A DNA stretch of 64,000 bases from Vicugna vicugna (lineage: Eukaryota): assembly GCA_013265495.1 (NCBI GenBank), contig MU062559.1:6346577-6410576 (forward strand), read 5' to 3'. This document shows, piece by piece, positions 1 through 12,725 of this stretch. The translations under genes were made by a program, and so were the position numbers. The notes under the pieces are model-generated. The model was not told the DNA's origin. It saw only the letters and a list, made by a program, of their open reading frames with translations, and did no database searches. How positions within the stretch are numbered: position 1 is the first letter of the stretch; every line of letters starts with the position of its first letter.

Positions 1-97
1 AGCCATCCTGACCTTTGCATATTTTATTTCGTTTCTATTTTATGCTGTTTTAATTGATGTTTAATACAGCTTAACTCTGCGTGGTGTTCAAAGCCCC

Positions 98-111
98 TCA
101 CCAGGGGGCCG
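98..111 (+). promoter_or_regulatory. Candidate CTCF motif (forward)
   Basis: TCACCAGGGGGCCG matches the CTCF core CCACCAGGGGGCGC at 11/14. Motif match only. Confidence 0.3.
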
Positions 112-223
112 TTCACAGGCAGAAGCACAATTAATAGCAATCCCCAGAAAATTATGCCCTGTATCAAAGTTGTCATTGCACCATATAAATGCTTATTATT
201 CCTATTGAATTCTCCAGCCCTGA

Positions 224-363
224 NNNNNNNNNNNNNNNNNNNNNNNNNNNNNNNNNNNNNNNNNNNNNNNNNNNNNNNNNNNNNNNNNNNNNNNNNNNNN
301 NNNNNNNNNNNNNNNNNNNNNNNNNNNNNNNNNNNNNNNNNNNNNNNNNNNNNNNNNNNNNNN
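224..363. other. Assembly gap (140 N)
   Basis: Run of N seen directly. Confidence 0.99.
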
Positions 364-2835
364 AAAAAATCAGAGTTAATAAAAAAAAATTGCCGGAAAA
401 TGTAATTAGTTCCTCCCCCACTTGCCAACCCCATGAAAGACAGACAGACATCACCGTCAACAAGATGGGTCACCAGCCTCAGCTACAGAGTGGAGGGGAA
501 ACCCGGACCCTGAGAACACAGCATGGCTTTTGGATCAGCCTCCTGTGAGAGCAGAGGGGGCAGGTCTAAGAGCACAGGGTGCTGGGAGGGAAGGAGGGCA
601 CCCAGGGTCCACCCTGTGCCTGGGCTGAATGCGACCAGAACACAGGGCTTGAGTTTGAGGAGCACTTCCAGCTGGGAAATCTGACCTCCCCACCAACTCT
701 CTCGGTGAAAAAACAAAGCAAAACAGTACTGTAACCCCCACCCCCAACACACCCATATACAGAGAAAAAAGAAAGAAAACCCCTTCAACTTACAACAGCG
801 AGGACTGTCGTTTCTTTTGGGCTTTTCTGAAACTTAGCTTTTGGCATGAAGACAGCAGCTTTTCTACGTATCAGGAAAAACAATGGAAAATTCCAGGTGG
901 GTCAGACACCTGTCCTCCTCCCTCTCGGGCATGCCTTCTCATCCTGTGTGCCGTGTGCTTGGCACCCTCTTCATAGGACCCCGAGGCCCCGATGACCCCC
1001 TCCTGACTCAGCCTCTTGTCCTCTCACGGAAACAGCGTGCAGAGAACACATGTGCTGACCCCTTCTGCCCGCCCGTCCCGGACACCTCACTCCCTCGTAC
1101 AGGACATCTCGCACTGTGAGTGGACGGACAGGTGGTGGCGGCTGCTGTCAGGGAGGCAGGTCGGGGGGTGCAGGGAGGAGCAACAGGATGGGAGTGTGGA
1201 GACCTGCACTCTCCCAGGAAGTGCCCTGTGAATGTGCCCCAGGATCACCTGCTTCCAGGCTCAGTGCTCTCAACTATGAAGCCGTTTGTGGACTGGATGA
1301 TATAACGACCAGGGGCCTCAGAGCTATAAACTGCTCTAATTCGGTATTCGGAAGGCTGTGTGCTCCAGTCCTTGGAAGCTGAATGGGTCATGCTTACTTC
1401 TATTTATAGTCCATTTTTTATTTCTGCACTCAATGCTCTATGGAGAAATGTAGATTTCTATTCTAAATTCTTCTGACAAAGGAAAAGCTCTATTTTAGCT
1501 TGTTTGACAGGGAAATGTTTCTAACTAGACTGCATCTCCCAGATTTTATTTGTTTTGCCTTCTTGCACCTTTGCCTAAAAAAAGAAGTTTCTAAAAAATC
1601 AGTAATGCTTTCTGTGCTCAGGCAGAGCAGGGATGAGGCTGCCTTGGCCAAAGGAAGATGGTGCCCATCTTGGGCCCCAGTGGAGCAGGACTATCTGCCA
1701 TCTGCCACACTCACTGCCTCGTCTCCAAATCGGGCCGGTTCTGTAGTTTGATGCAAATATTTGGAGCTGAGCCACTAGCACGTCCCACCCATGGCAAGCC
1801 TTGAACCCTTTGTACGCTGGCTGCCAAGTCGATCTGAAAGCCGGGGGCCACTTTCCAGCTTAGGAGAAAAGCATGTGCATTAAGTGGAAACAGATTTTTC
1901 TCTTCCCTCCTCGCCTCACCTCCAGCCATTTTGAAAGCTTTAGACTGAAAGGGAAGAAAGGAAGACCTGCCCGACGAAGCCGAGGAAGGTAATGGAATTG
2001 AGACTTCCCTCATCCCATCTAGGCAGGCCAGGATGGTTTATTAATGATCCACAGGAAAAGAACAATCGTCCTGCTGGCAGCTTCAAGTGTAATTAACCAG
2101 CTTCACGGAGAGCTGGCTGCCTTCTCCGGGCCTGGCACCTGCAGACCGCAGTGCTACCTGACAAAGCAGCACCTACTGGGAGAGGGGCATCCAAGTAGTG
2201 ACCTCAACCCACTGGGCACCCACTCAGACACGTGGCTGCCACGGCAGTGCTCCTCTGGAAAAGCCTGGCCCTGTGCTTGGTCTGACACCAAAGACTGCAA
2301 GCTACCTGATGGCAACACCCAGCCCTGGGAACCACGACTCCTGTGACATGCCCGCTCAGGTGAGTGCTCCCTCTGCTGGGTGGCGGAGGTCAGGGAGCAG
2401 GGGCAGCTTCTCGGTAGCTCTCTAAATACTCCAAGCCCAAACTCTACAGACTGCGGTTTCTGGAACTGGCTTACACTGAGGAGGGGCTGAGAGGGCTGAA
2501 CAGTTGTGCCTGGTGGACAACAGGTGCTTTGGTGTAAGGGTGTGTGCTAAAGAACCAGCGAAATTCAAACTCCGCTGCAGGAAGAGAAAAGAGGTTGGGT
2601 TAGCCCAGTGTTGCTCTTCTAGTCAGGGCCAACTTCCCTCTTAAGTGCCCCTGGGATTCAGAGACCCCTGGGCGTCCCACCATAAGTATTTGCAATTCCA
2701 GATGCAGTTATAAAAATGAACTCTTCAGTGTGTGGCACCTGAAATGTCACAGAGCAGGTGGGGGTGAGAGTGGGGGGGTCTCCATCACCTTTCCCAAGTT
2801 AAGAGTCAGAGGGTGTTTCTACTGAGGGAGAACAG

Positions 2836-2837
<2 letters not shown>

Positions 2838-2876
<39 letters not shown>

Positions 2877-2887
2877 ACACACACACA
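2838..2887. repeat. (AC)n microsatellite, one interruption
   Basis: About 18 perfect AC units, a CC interruption, then further AC units. Confidence 0.97.
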
Positions 2888-3499
2888 AATACACACCCCT
2901 TCTGGGGCTTGTTTCTAAGGTTGAGAAAGAAGCTGATCATTTCTATCAGTTGTCTCCACTCTTTACCCCTTGGCGGATACAGATCCCGTCTGAGCACCAG
3001 AACCCTTGCTCCCCGCGCCCACCCCCCGAATTCCCCCAAGGTGAGCCAGAGTTACCCTCTGAAGGCTCATGGAGGGAAGGACAAACCTTTGCACCCACAG
3101 CAAAAAGCCAGTTCACAGGAGTCATGGGTTTTTCACTTAGCACACTCAATTTACGCTTTGTAGGAAAATAGCTAATAAAGGCGGACTGTGCCCTTTAGAA
3201 AAACAGAGGGAGGGAAGCGTTGGGTGAGGCAGCAACGTCCATCAACTGCTGCCATGCTGCCTCTTTGTGAGAGTTGAGCACACGCAGCCAACTCCACAAA
3301 TAAGGCCACAGAGAACAGGCTCCATGGGATTTCTTGCTCATCACCTGCAGTCTCCTTGCCCACTCAGCTTTGGTCCGAGGAGCCAAACACAGTGGGCTCT
3401 CATTCCTGTCGCAGCAGCCGGGAAACGAGTAACCCCAGCTGCAGAGAAGCAGAGTAACAGGCAGAGGGAGAGGTCACTGGTGGCTGGGTAGGAAAGGGA

Positions 3500-3635
3500 C
3501 AGCTTCTGATAAATGAATTGGCACCGCCTGCCATTTTTCCTTGCCGCCACTTTAATCAATAAGGGAAAAGGTGAATTGCTATTGATCTCTTCAACATCTC
3601 TCAACGATACTGTACAAATTACAGAAACACAAGGG
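3500..3635. promoter_or_regulatory. Candidate enhancer / conserved non-coding element
   Basis: Repeat-free segment with two oppositely oriented ATCAATA motifs (3554-3561, 3580-3587; CUT/ONECUT/PBX-like) and TAAT cores. Conservation not verifiable here. Confidence 0.35.
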
Positions 3636-6589
3636 GGAGGGTGAAAGAATGAGAGAGAAAGGGCAGATGAAAGAAGTCTGGGCAGTGTGAGAAGGCTGGA
3701 CCTCCCTAGAGCTGGTCCTTCCTGTCACGGGGTGTTAGGGATGCTCAGGTGCACGTGCGAACGTGTCAGGAAGAGCCCTCCTCACACCCTGCAGGGCAGC
3801 CGCGGAGAGCAGTCTTGGGGCCCCCTCCACACCTCGGTGCCTCCTGGGCCTCAGCAGAGCAGGTTAAGCCACGTGGTTCCTCCTGATGCGAGGCCTGAGG
3901 TCTGTACTTTGCGAGGCTCTATGGATCCCAAGGCTTCATGAAGTTTTGACGTTGCCATTCTTTAGTGGTGTTTGGCCGGGCTATCTCAACAGCTCGCTAA
4001 AATTCTGTACAGGAAGCAAGATTCAGATGCTTCGAGAGTAATCTCTAGCTCCACTGTACTCACCCACCTGTGGGTCAACTGGCAAAATAAAAACTAGACA
4101 GGAAGCCGAAACCATCTTGCCTCATACTTCATAATAACAAAAATGATGGCTTGTGGGGTTCAAGCCTGTCCTTTGAAATGCTCAGGGCTGAAAGATAGGT
4201 CACGAAGATCAGAGGCCAGGGTTAAAAGATGAGGGGTCAGATCTGAACCCTGGGACGACGACCACCTGCAGACAGGTGAGATGACCAACTGTTTATGTAA
4301 ACAGAGGCTTCCCCAGTGAACCCGGAAACAGCACAGGTGGGCATGAGCCCCCAACAGGAAGACATACAAGTAGTGTCTGAGTCTCAGGGCTTAGTCCAAC
4401 CAGGTGGCCTCAAGGAAGACAGAGAACCGTTCAGTCCTCCGGGACAGTGGCAGTTTAGGAAGTACTGCTTATCAGAACCAAAGTCATGTCAAGAAAGAGG
4501 CAATGTAACAGACTGTATGGCAGAGAGAAAAGGGAAATTCGGCCCATGGTTAGCCTAGTGAGGTAAAGAACGCTCAGATCTCAGGGTCTGCGAACACAGT
4601 TCTGCTGTTTCATCATTTCGGTCTAACTATTCAGATGCAGGTCTCTCTAGGTCACACAGAGCCCCCGGCTTGTGCGTGGTTAACTGTCACCTGGAGCTGG
4701 CAACCCTTCTCTACAGATGTGGGGATAACTGAAGGCCCCTCAGGAACCTCGCCATCATGCCTTTGAGTCCTCCAGGCTGAGGAGGGCCAAATGCTCCCAT
4801 TTTGCAGATGGTGAAACCAAGGCAGGCAGTCACATACCAAATACAAAGCAGAACCCAACCATAAAAACCCACGCGTGAAAGCAGCGAGCCCTTCAGGATG
4901 CTCTTGGCACTCTGACTTAAATCATTCTCCAGAGACAGTGACTCAGGGTGTAATTGTGTAATGCTGAAATCAATGACAATACAGTTCGCCAGTCTCCCTA
5001 CGTCCCTCCCACAAATACCTGAAGGGCCAAAACGTAGAGCAAAATAAAATACAAGTTACAAAGCTGCTGATGTGTTTAGAGTGGAAGTGCTGAGATTAGA
5101 AGGAGGAAGTGGTGAAGTGCACCCTGGGCGGCTGGAAATGGCCACGTCTGCAGCCCTGTAAACCGGTGAAGGATGAGCCCTGGCTGCCTCTGCCAGGCAG
5201 ACAGAGACGGCCCCACACTCAGGAGCGAGAGCACGGCTGTAAGAGGGCGTGAAGATAAGAAACAACTATTTAGCAAACACCAGTATCCTCCTACAAGGAA
5301 TCTTCCAATTCCGAAAGTGACCCTATTCTAAAATTACCAAGTGGCAAGTAGCCAGGCCAAAAATCCATATCCAATCAGTGGTAATGGACTATTTGTTGCA
5401 TTTCCTCATATAAGGTTGGAACACTGCTATAAAAATCCTGGGTCAGTGGTTTCAGACTTATTTAACTGGAGCGGTAACAGCATCCCAGCATCCCAGCACT
5501 GCGAGCACATACAGACTTCTGAAGTGCAGTGGCCCCTGCAGGGCTCTGGTTGGGAAAGGAGGAACCTGTTGGTCTTATTTGCATGATCTTCCACCTCTGG
5601 GTATACATTCAGTGCCAAGATCCTTTCTTGGAGACTATCACAAAGAATTCCACTGCATTAAGAGAAGGAAAAGGGGGAAGAGGAAGGCATCATGTTAACG
5701 TGGAGAGAAAAATGACACGGTGCAGCAGCTTCCAATTCCACTTTCCATTCCTGCCTCAGAAGGATAGCTTTTGTTCTTGCTGCAGCGAGCATCCCAAAGG
5801 ATTCACCTTGGGGTCCTTTTCTTGTCCCTTTCAATCCTGGCTAACACGTAGATCTTTCTTTCAGAGGCTCATCCCTGGCACTCCACTCTCTTCCAAAGAT
5901 AAACTCATGGCAATCTTTGGCTACTGTGGTCACGGTCAGGCAGTATGGGGACAAAAAAGAGCACTGCTTCATTATCAGAGGATCAGATGAGGAAGCATGG
6001 ACTAGCCCAGCTCTAGATAAGTCATCCACGTAGCCCTCATTTTCAAGTCCCAGTGACACTGGGAAATGAGCAAGGTCACAGTCCAGTGTAAAATGAGAAA
6101 GCATGGAGAGCCCACGGTGTTGGCAGATCACCCTCCAAACCCCCCACGGCAGTGTGAGCACCTGGCACAGATCCTCAAGCCACTCTTCCTTAGACGTTCA
6201 TGGGGCGTGTGTCCACGTAGCTTCCCTCTCCAAAGTGAGGGCTGGCTTACCTGTCCATTGTCAAGTCTAGAAGAGGCTTCATGTGCAGGTTCAGGACTTC
6301 TCAGAATTAGTTTTCCCACTGAACAGGACACTGCCTAGGAAGCAGCTGTTCCCACGTGCAGGATGACGCAGAAGCAGCGGCAGAGACCCTGACTTTTATC
6401 CTACTTTGTAGAAGAGAGACTGGCTGACCCCTCATTCTGCTTAAAGGCTCCTAACACATATGCCTAATGCCCAGCACCCCTGCCTACTCCGAGTATAGCA
6501 GTTTGTCCTCAGTCAAGTTCTCATCCTAGATTTTTAGCTAAATCCCAACAGAATTCTGACTCATAATAAAAATGATGCTATGAACTGTT

Positions 6590-6860
6590 GCTCACTGTTC
6601 ACTATCAGAGCACCAGTGCTGGGCACAATACACAAATACATTATTTCCACAATGACCCTACAGAGAAGGTACCTTTGTTGTAGGTAAGGCAATTAGGTTT
6701 AGCAGGACAGCTGCATCACACCACCCCAGGGGCACAGTCTGTGTTGAATTCTACTATGCATCAAGACTGCCCTGGTTTTAGAGAGGCTAAGGATCGTGTC
6801 CAAGGTCACACAGTAAATGGTGACGATGGAATGAGAACCCAGGTCTGATGCTGCACACGT
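6590..6860 (-). mobile_element. MIR SINE, interrupted by a small insertion
   Basis: Antisense MIR hallmarks: ccagtgctgggcac...tacattatttccacaatgaccctacag and gagaggctaagg...ccaaggtcacacagtaaatggtgacgatggaatgagaacccaggtct. Confidence 0.65.
6703..6774. mobile_element. Short hAT MITE remnant (MER91-like) inside the MIR
   Basis: Imperfect TIRs caggacag...ctgccctg, internal ccaccccaggggc, near-identical 7-bp flanks ggtttag/gttttag. Family name tentative. Confidence 0.35.
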
Positions 6861-7093
6861 TACTAACAGTAGTGAAGTGACCAGGAAGGGAAACTTGTCC
6901 TTACATGTTCTGGTGAGGGGTCTAAGAATGAGCTTATCCTCCCTGAAGATGTGACACATGTTGTTCAGACCAGGTTAGGGGATCTCCACTGTTAATTCTC
7001 AAGCTTGCTCATAATCTTATTTCATGCACCAGTGCATTTCATAACAGACCATTGGTCACTTTCATTTTCAAAATCCATTTAAGTTCAGCTGAC

Positions 7094-7308
7094 CAGAGAC
7101 TGTCACGGGTGGAGCGGCAAGCGGCAAGTTCATCAACAGAGCCAGGTGTAGAACCCAGAAGATCTCGTGCAGTCCTTGGCGGCAGGCGCAGGCGGTGGGC
7201 AAGCTAATGACAAGAAGCGGACAGGGTGAAGGTTGGCTCATCCAGCGGAACAGGCCCGCCTGCGTCCTTGGGGGAGCCGCACGACCAGCACCGGAACGTC
7301 GGCACTAC
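7094..7308 (-). other. Candidate CpG-rich non-coding/5' UTR exon
   Basis: Minus-strand acceptor gcgtttgctctccag|GTAGTG at 7309/7308 followed by unique, locally CpG-enriched sequence. The donor TCTG|GTCAGC is weak, so the 3' end is uncertain. Confidence 0.35.
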
Positions 7309-9699
7309 CTGGAGAGCAAACGCAGTCCACAATCTGCTTCCTCCTCGCCGGCAGCTCCGGCGGCCCTGCTATTGTCTATCAGGAGCTGTGTTTTCAAATG
7401 AAATCAGCTGAATTATCTAATTCCAAGGGGAAATTATTAATATTCAGGCAGCAGGTTTGTCTGGGAATAGTTAAGACAAACAGAACAGGGAGGCATGAGG
7501 CCTGAAGACCCCCAAATACGCCGGCATGAAAGCTCACACCCAAGTCTCCACGGGCGTGGGCTGGGGTGCCTGGGGCGGACGCGAAGCTCTTCTGGAAATA
7601 GGGCGGGGCTCATCTGTCTGGGGCCGCCTTTTGTGCAAAAAGTAAATACGATCTAAAGGTATTAATGAACTAGAACTATTTTCCAAATTAGGCTTCCAGA
7701 AAGAAGTGGACAGATTTCATAATAAGGGATTTCACCTGAAAGACACAGATTCTGAGTCCCTCTCCTTCAGCCCTTTGTAATTGAGAATGTTAGCTTCTCC
7801 CCCAACCCCCTGGCTTTTTTCTTTTTTAAAAAGAGAATTCTAACCAAAGCTTAAGAAGCAGTGAATACCCAGGATGACTGAAGAGGTAAGAGAAACTTAA
7901 ATTAAAATAAATGGCACCCAGCTCACCTGGCACAGGCCTCCCCTTGGAGGAGTCCAGTGCTCTCTCACCTCCTGATGGCAATTCTCCATCTGTTCGGGTC
8001 AGAGGCTCTCTGCAGCTCTACAGAAGGGAGACCGGGAGGCCGAACGTGCCTGGCAGTAGCCGGTTTCCACAGGGATGGTTCATAAAGAGCACTGTTTTAT
8101 GTCAGGCAGGCAGACAGTATCGAACACCAGAGGAGGCAGGGGTGCTGCTTGGCAAGGCTCTGTCTGAAGGATTTTCATGACCTTACGTTTGTAGTGACAA
8201 TCTGTTCGTGACCCAGTAAATGCATTCTCCAATGGCAATCCCTGCCCACTATACACACTTCCAGGCCTCAATTTAGATAAGGTTCAAAGTAAGTACCGTG
8301 GACCATTCTAGCAGAAAGATGCAAGAGGAAGTCATGTTTGAGTCTTTCACAGCTCTATCCTGGGACTCATGTGGTTAGAACTGAAGATGGAAAGGAAAAA
8401 TCAGTGCCAGGGACTGTCTTGGCATTGCCAAGGCATCTACTTGTGGAAGAAATGACTACACATCTAATTTCATTTTACTGGTAGAAATAGTAAGAAGAAC
8501 CAGACTGAACTGTCAAGGAAAACACTCAAGTCTCTTAAGGAAGAGTTCACAGTAGTGGAACCAATTCCCCAGGGAAAGGAAGAATCCCTCCACTGAAAAG
8601 GATTTCCTTCTCTGGGACAGAATTACATCCTTGAGACCTTACATCTTCTATGCCCCAAGGAGGCCAAATCTCTTGTGGCCCTAAACCTTATTCTGCTCCA
8701 GATCCCAGCAGCCAGCCTGGGATGTGAACATTAGCCTCTGGAGGGCTGTGAGGCCTATCAAACCTGGACCAGTCAGGCTGTATGATATAATTACAGGTAA
8801 TAAGATCTTGGCCAAACCAGTGAAGAATTAGGCCCAGCAGCTATTTCAGAAGAATGGATGCAATTCTCTGCCTGACTGGCTATGAAAGTTCCAAGCAAAA
8901 GAATAGGGGAGCAGACAACGGCCAGCTGAGCCAGCAGCTTTGCTGAGAGGAATCCCACTGGAGCCAGCACTCCGCTGGCTCCTGTCAGCGCACGCTGCTG
9001 AGCTTGCTCGGGGAGGGCGACCGGTGACTGGCTCCCAAGGAGTTTAAAAGCCGACAGGGGAGACCCAGCAGCCAAGGGAAGGGGAACAAAGGGCAATTGT
9101 GACATTCTTCATTTTGACCTCACCTTATCATTTTGATGCCACTTTCATTTAGGGGCTAGAACGGGACTTGAGGGCCCTCCTTCCAGAGTTTTTAGAGCTA
9201 CTTGGCAAGGGTTAGGTAGGGCCTGTACGTGGGCAGATAACAGCCTAGTATTCACTTGGTGCTTAAAGCCCACCACTGAACAGGAATTTGAACTTCAAAC
9301 TAAATCCTTCACCTCATTTAATAGTTAGATCAACAAAGCAGAGGATGGTAAATGACAAGGGAGAGAAAGAGATAAGTAGCCTGTACCAGGAGAGTGGTGA
9401 AGGGACACCAATGTTTCCTAGTTGAACACTGAAAGTTTTTCAAAACACTCAAATACCATTATCTCATTACCCACCTGTACGATGGGGAGACCCAGGGAGG
9501 TCAGGGTCCCATAGTAAGCATAAAATCAGGTCTTAGTAATTGGCTTTTTCAATGAGAAGTTCATTAATTAACAGCTGTGTGTCCAGCCTCAATATTCCAA
9601 AGACTTCCTCCCTGCCCCACAAAGGCTGAGCTTAGAGAACTTTTCCAAAACTGTAAGACAAGAACAGGTCTTCTTCCCGATCTCTAGAATTAGGTCACA

Positions 9700-10290
9700 G
9701 GGAATCAATCAGTTGATTTAATGAGTATCTATCTATTGCATAGCTCCCACACACCAAGCAAAATACAGAGAACACAAAGACAAAAGCATGCTTCTTGTCC
9801 TGGAGGAGCTACCAATCTAGTGCAGAAGCCAACACAGACAGATGCCTTCAACATCGTTGGCCAGTACATGACAGATGCATGTATGCACAAGGCGTTTGAG
9901 ACTGAAGGAAGGTCATCTCTCCCAGCCTGAGAGATCCAGGAAGGGCTTCCTGGAGGAGGAGGTGCATCTTGAAGGACAGGGAAGAACAGAGAGCACAGGA
10001 GGGGAATGGTTTATATACTGGGTAGAGACAGTAAGCTAATGTGGGGTAAGGGATGGGAAAAATGGAGTGGAAAGTTATAAATGGAGAATTTTGAGTTCAA
10101 TAAGGTCCCTTCTGATCACGTACAGGCAATGAAATGAGTAGTGGCGATTTTCGAAGTTGAGAGGTAGTCAAGGATATACATAAACCCAGAAGACTGGTCT
10201 TTATCCCACAGGCAACGGGGAGTTTAAGGAAGATTAGTGACAGAGATGTGGATATACATGATCAAACTGAAATGAAGCCAGGTAAGTTAG
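9700..10290 (-). mobile_element. LINE L2 3' region
   Basis: Antisense L2 pattern: aatcaatcagttgatttaatgagtatcta..., cttcttgtcctggaggagctaccaatctagtg, ggaagggcttcctggaggaggagg...cttgaagga. Confidence 0.75.
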
Positions 10291-10589
10291 AGAGGAATCA
10301 GGAAGTCAAAAGATCTAAGAAGCCTGACAAGAGGAGAGTAAATACTTCGGGGAGGCATGGTATGAGCAGCCTCCTCAGAGCCCTCCACAGTCTCATGAGC
10401 TCCCAGAACCACCCTCAGCAGCAGCTGCCCACTGAGTCAGTGCTGGACCTCCAGGGAGACCCTTTACTAATTCATTCGTTCCAGATACTGAAGGGTTGAG
10501 AAATACACAACATGGCTAAAAAGAATGACCACCTTCTAATAGCAAAACTGGCAAAATTCTAGGAGAAAAAGCGCCTGATTGGGAATGCA

Positions 10590-10790
10590 GACATTTGGGT
10601 TTGGGGACTTATTCTACAATAAGCTTTGTGAATAGAGGCAGTTCACTCTGCATCTTAGATTCCAAAACTGTAAAACTGGGGATAATATTTCTCTTATAGG
10701 TTTACTGTGAGATTAAAACAAAATACTGTATGTGTGAAAGCACTCTTACACCAGAAAATGCTACATAAAATGAAAGTTTGATCACTATTA
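10590..10790 (+). mobile_element. MIR SINE
   Basis: ctgtaaaactgggataatatttctcttataggtttactgtgagattaaa...tgtgtgaaagcact matches the MIR core and 3' end. Confidence 0.75.
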
Positions 10791-12515
10791 AGACAAAGTC
10801 TTTACCAGAGCCCCCTTCAAAGAAAATAGCCTTAAATGGAGAATAGATTGAAAGACCACTGGTGGGTGATGAGCTGTCAAGCATGTGTGGGGAGGTGAGA
10901 AAAGCCTTAGCCCTCGAATAGCCTTAAGACCTCGTGGGACAGGAGAGCCGCTTAGAAAGCTGGCTGTATGACATCCCCTCTTCCTGGACAGTGGCAGAGA
11001 TAATCTAGACCAGGGTGTTTCTGTGCAAATAAATGCAACATCGCTGGACAGCTGGCTTGCATTTCCAGTGGGTTATTATTCCCAGCTCAGCGAGGGCTAC
11101 CGGGGGAATGGCACTGATGGAGCGTTAGGGAGCAGTGGGGGTCCTCCACCCTGAGGGACTTCCCTGGGGTTCGAACTACCCTCATCGCTTTGATCCAGAG
11201 ATACAACTTGGCCACTATGCCTCCTCCCACGTGTCTCCTGGACAGGGAAGGGGCCCACACAGACAGATGGGAGTGGGAAGGGTGAGGGTACGTGCCGCTG
11301 CACTTGTAGGGAAAGACAGAGGGCACGGGGGAAAACACAGATTTAGATCAACAGTGACTGCTTAGACCAATTTCTTTTTCAGACAAGACACAGCACACTT
11401 GGTGCTAAAACAAAGGAGAAGGAACTACTTCCCTTCCAACCCCCTCCATAAATATACATCGCTATTGACTGCTAAGTCCATTTTCCTTTGAAACATAAAT
11501 ACTTGTTCTTCAAACCACAACAGTTGCTTGTGATGCTTTTATGCATTTTTGTTTTTAGAAAAGCAGGGGTAGTGGGAGGAAGGGAATCCAGGGCTGTGCC
11601 TTGGCCACTGTAGCCTGCAGAATGAGCTCCCCAGGGGGACATCCTCCCTTCTGATGCCAGCAGGAAGAAGGGAAATAGGTCAGGGCAGCAGCCGGAGTTT
11701 TCAGCTCGCTGTCCAGCACGAGGACGTCATTTTCCAGGCAGCAGCAGAGGGCAATTTTGGCAATCTCAGAGAGGACAAAGGGGTCATTGAGGAAGGCCTT
11801 GTAAATGATCCCCAAATCTCCATACACCCTGCCCCTCACCCCAAGGAACAGCACCTCGAGGCTACAGCCTGGGACTGGGAAGAGGGTTCAGTGGCGGCAC
11901 TGATCTTTTAATAATACCTTAGGGTCCCCTCTCTGAAAGCGCAGGTTGTCCTAACGGCGCCGTAGGGGCAGCAGCTGGTCAGGGAGCGAGTGCTGGCTAG
12001 CTGGCCCTCCGACACGATGGTGTGCAGAGATCCCCAATGTTTTATTCACGGGAAGGGCCTCAAAAAGGAAGAGGGTGGCTTGGGATCACTGGATCACTGT
12101 TTTAGACAGGAATGCCAGGGCAGGAAGGAATCACTTACCCAGGACCACATGATAACTGGAGTGTGAAAATCTCGGAGTTTGCACTTTAAAGCCGGTTAGC
12201 TAATGCTCTTCCTCACCACTACTTCTGGGAACATGCCAGCAACGGACACAATTCCCCATCTGGGAGATTACAACACATCTTCCTGTCCTTGGCAGGGTGG
12301 CAGGGAATTGCCTGAAAAAGGCAGCTGTATGGGGGGTGGGGGTGGGGTGCCTGGAAAAGGGGGCATCACCAAGCACATGCCATCCAATGGGACACAATGA
12401 TCTCACGTTCTGTGGTCCAGAAGTAACCCAGACTCAAAGGCAGGGGACACGAGGACAGACTCATTTTCAGGGCTGTACCGGGCCATTTAAACCCATCTCG
12501 GCAAACCCTGCACAG

Positions 12516-12725
12516 CAGGGTCAGCAAACATTTTTGATAACAAGACAGTAAATGTTTTAGGCTTTGTGAGCCATATATCCTGTTGTAACTGCTCAACTCT
12601 GCAGTTATAACATGAAAGGAGCCATAGACAGTACATGAAAAGGTTAGTGTGGCTGGGTTTCAATAAAGCTTTATTTACAAAAACTGGCAGTCGGGTGGAT
12701 TTGCCCAATGTGGCTACAAACCAAC
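12516..12725 (-). mobile_element. MER58A (hAT-Charlie MITE)
   Basis: TIR cagggtcagcaaac; internal aactgctcaactctgcagttataacatgaaaggagccatagaca and caataaagctttatttacaaaaactggcag match the reverse complement of MER58A. Confidence 0.9.

Noticed and set aside
11620-11830. Protein-looking stretch (GDLGIIYKAFLNDPFVLSEIAKIALCCCLENDVLVLDSELK) on the minus strand
   Set aside because: No convincing flanking acceptor/donor pair and I recognise no matching protein; a TBLASTN search would settle it.
12139-12311. Minus-strand AG...GTAAGT pair defining a 173-nt exon
   Set aside because: Short pyrimidine tract, length not divisible by 3, no CpG or other support; expected by chance in 64 kb.
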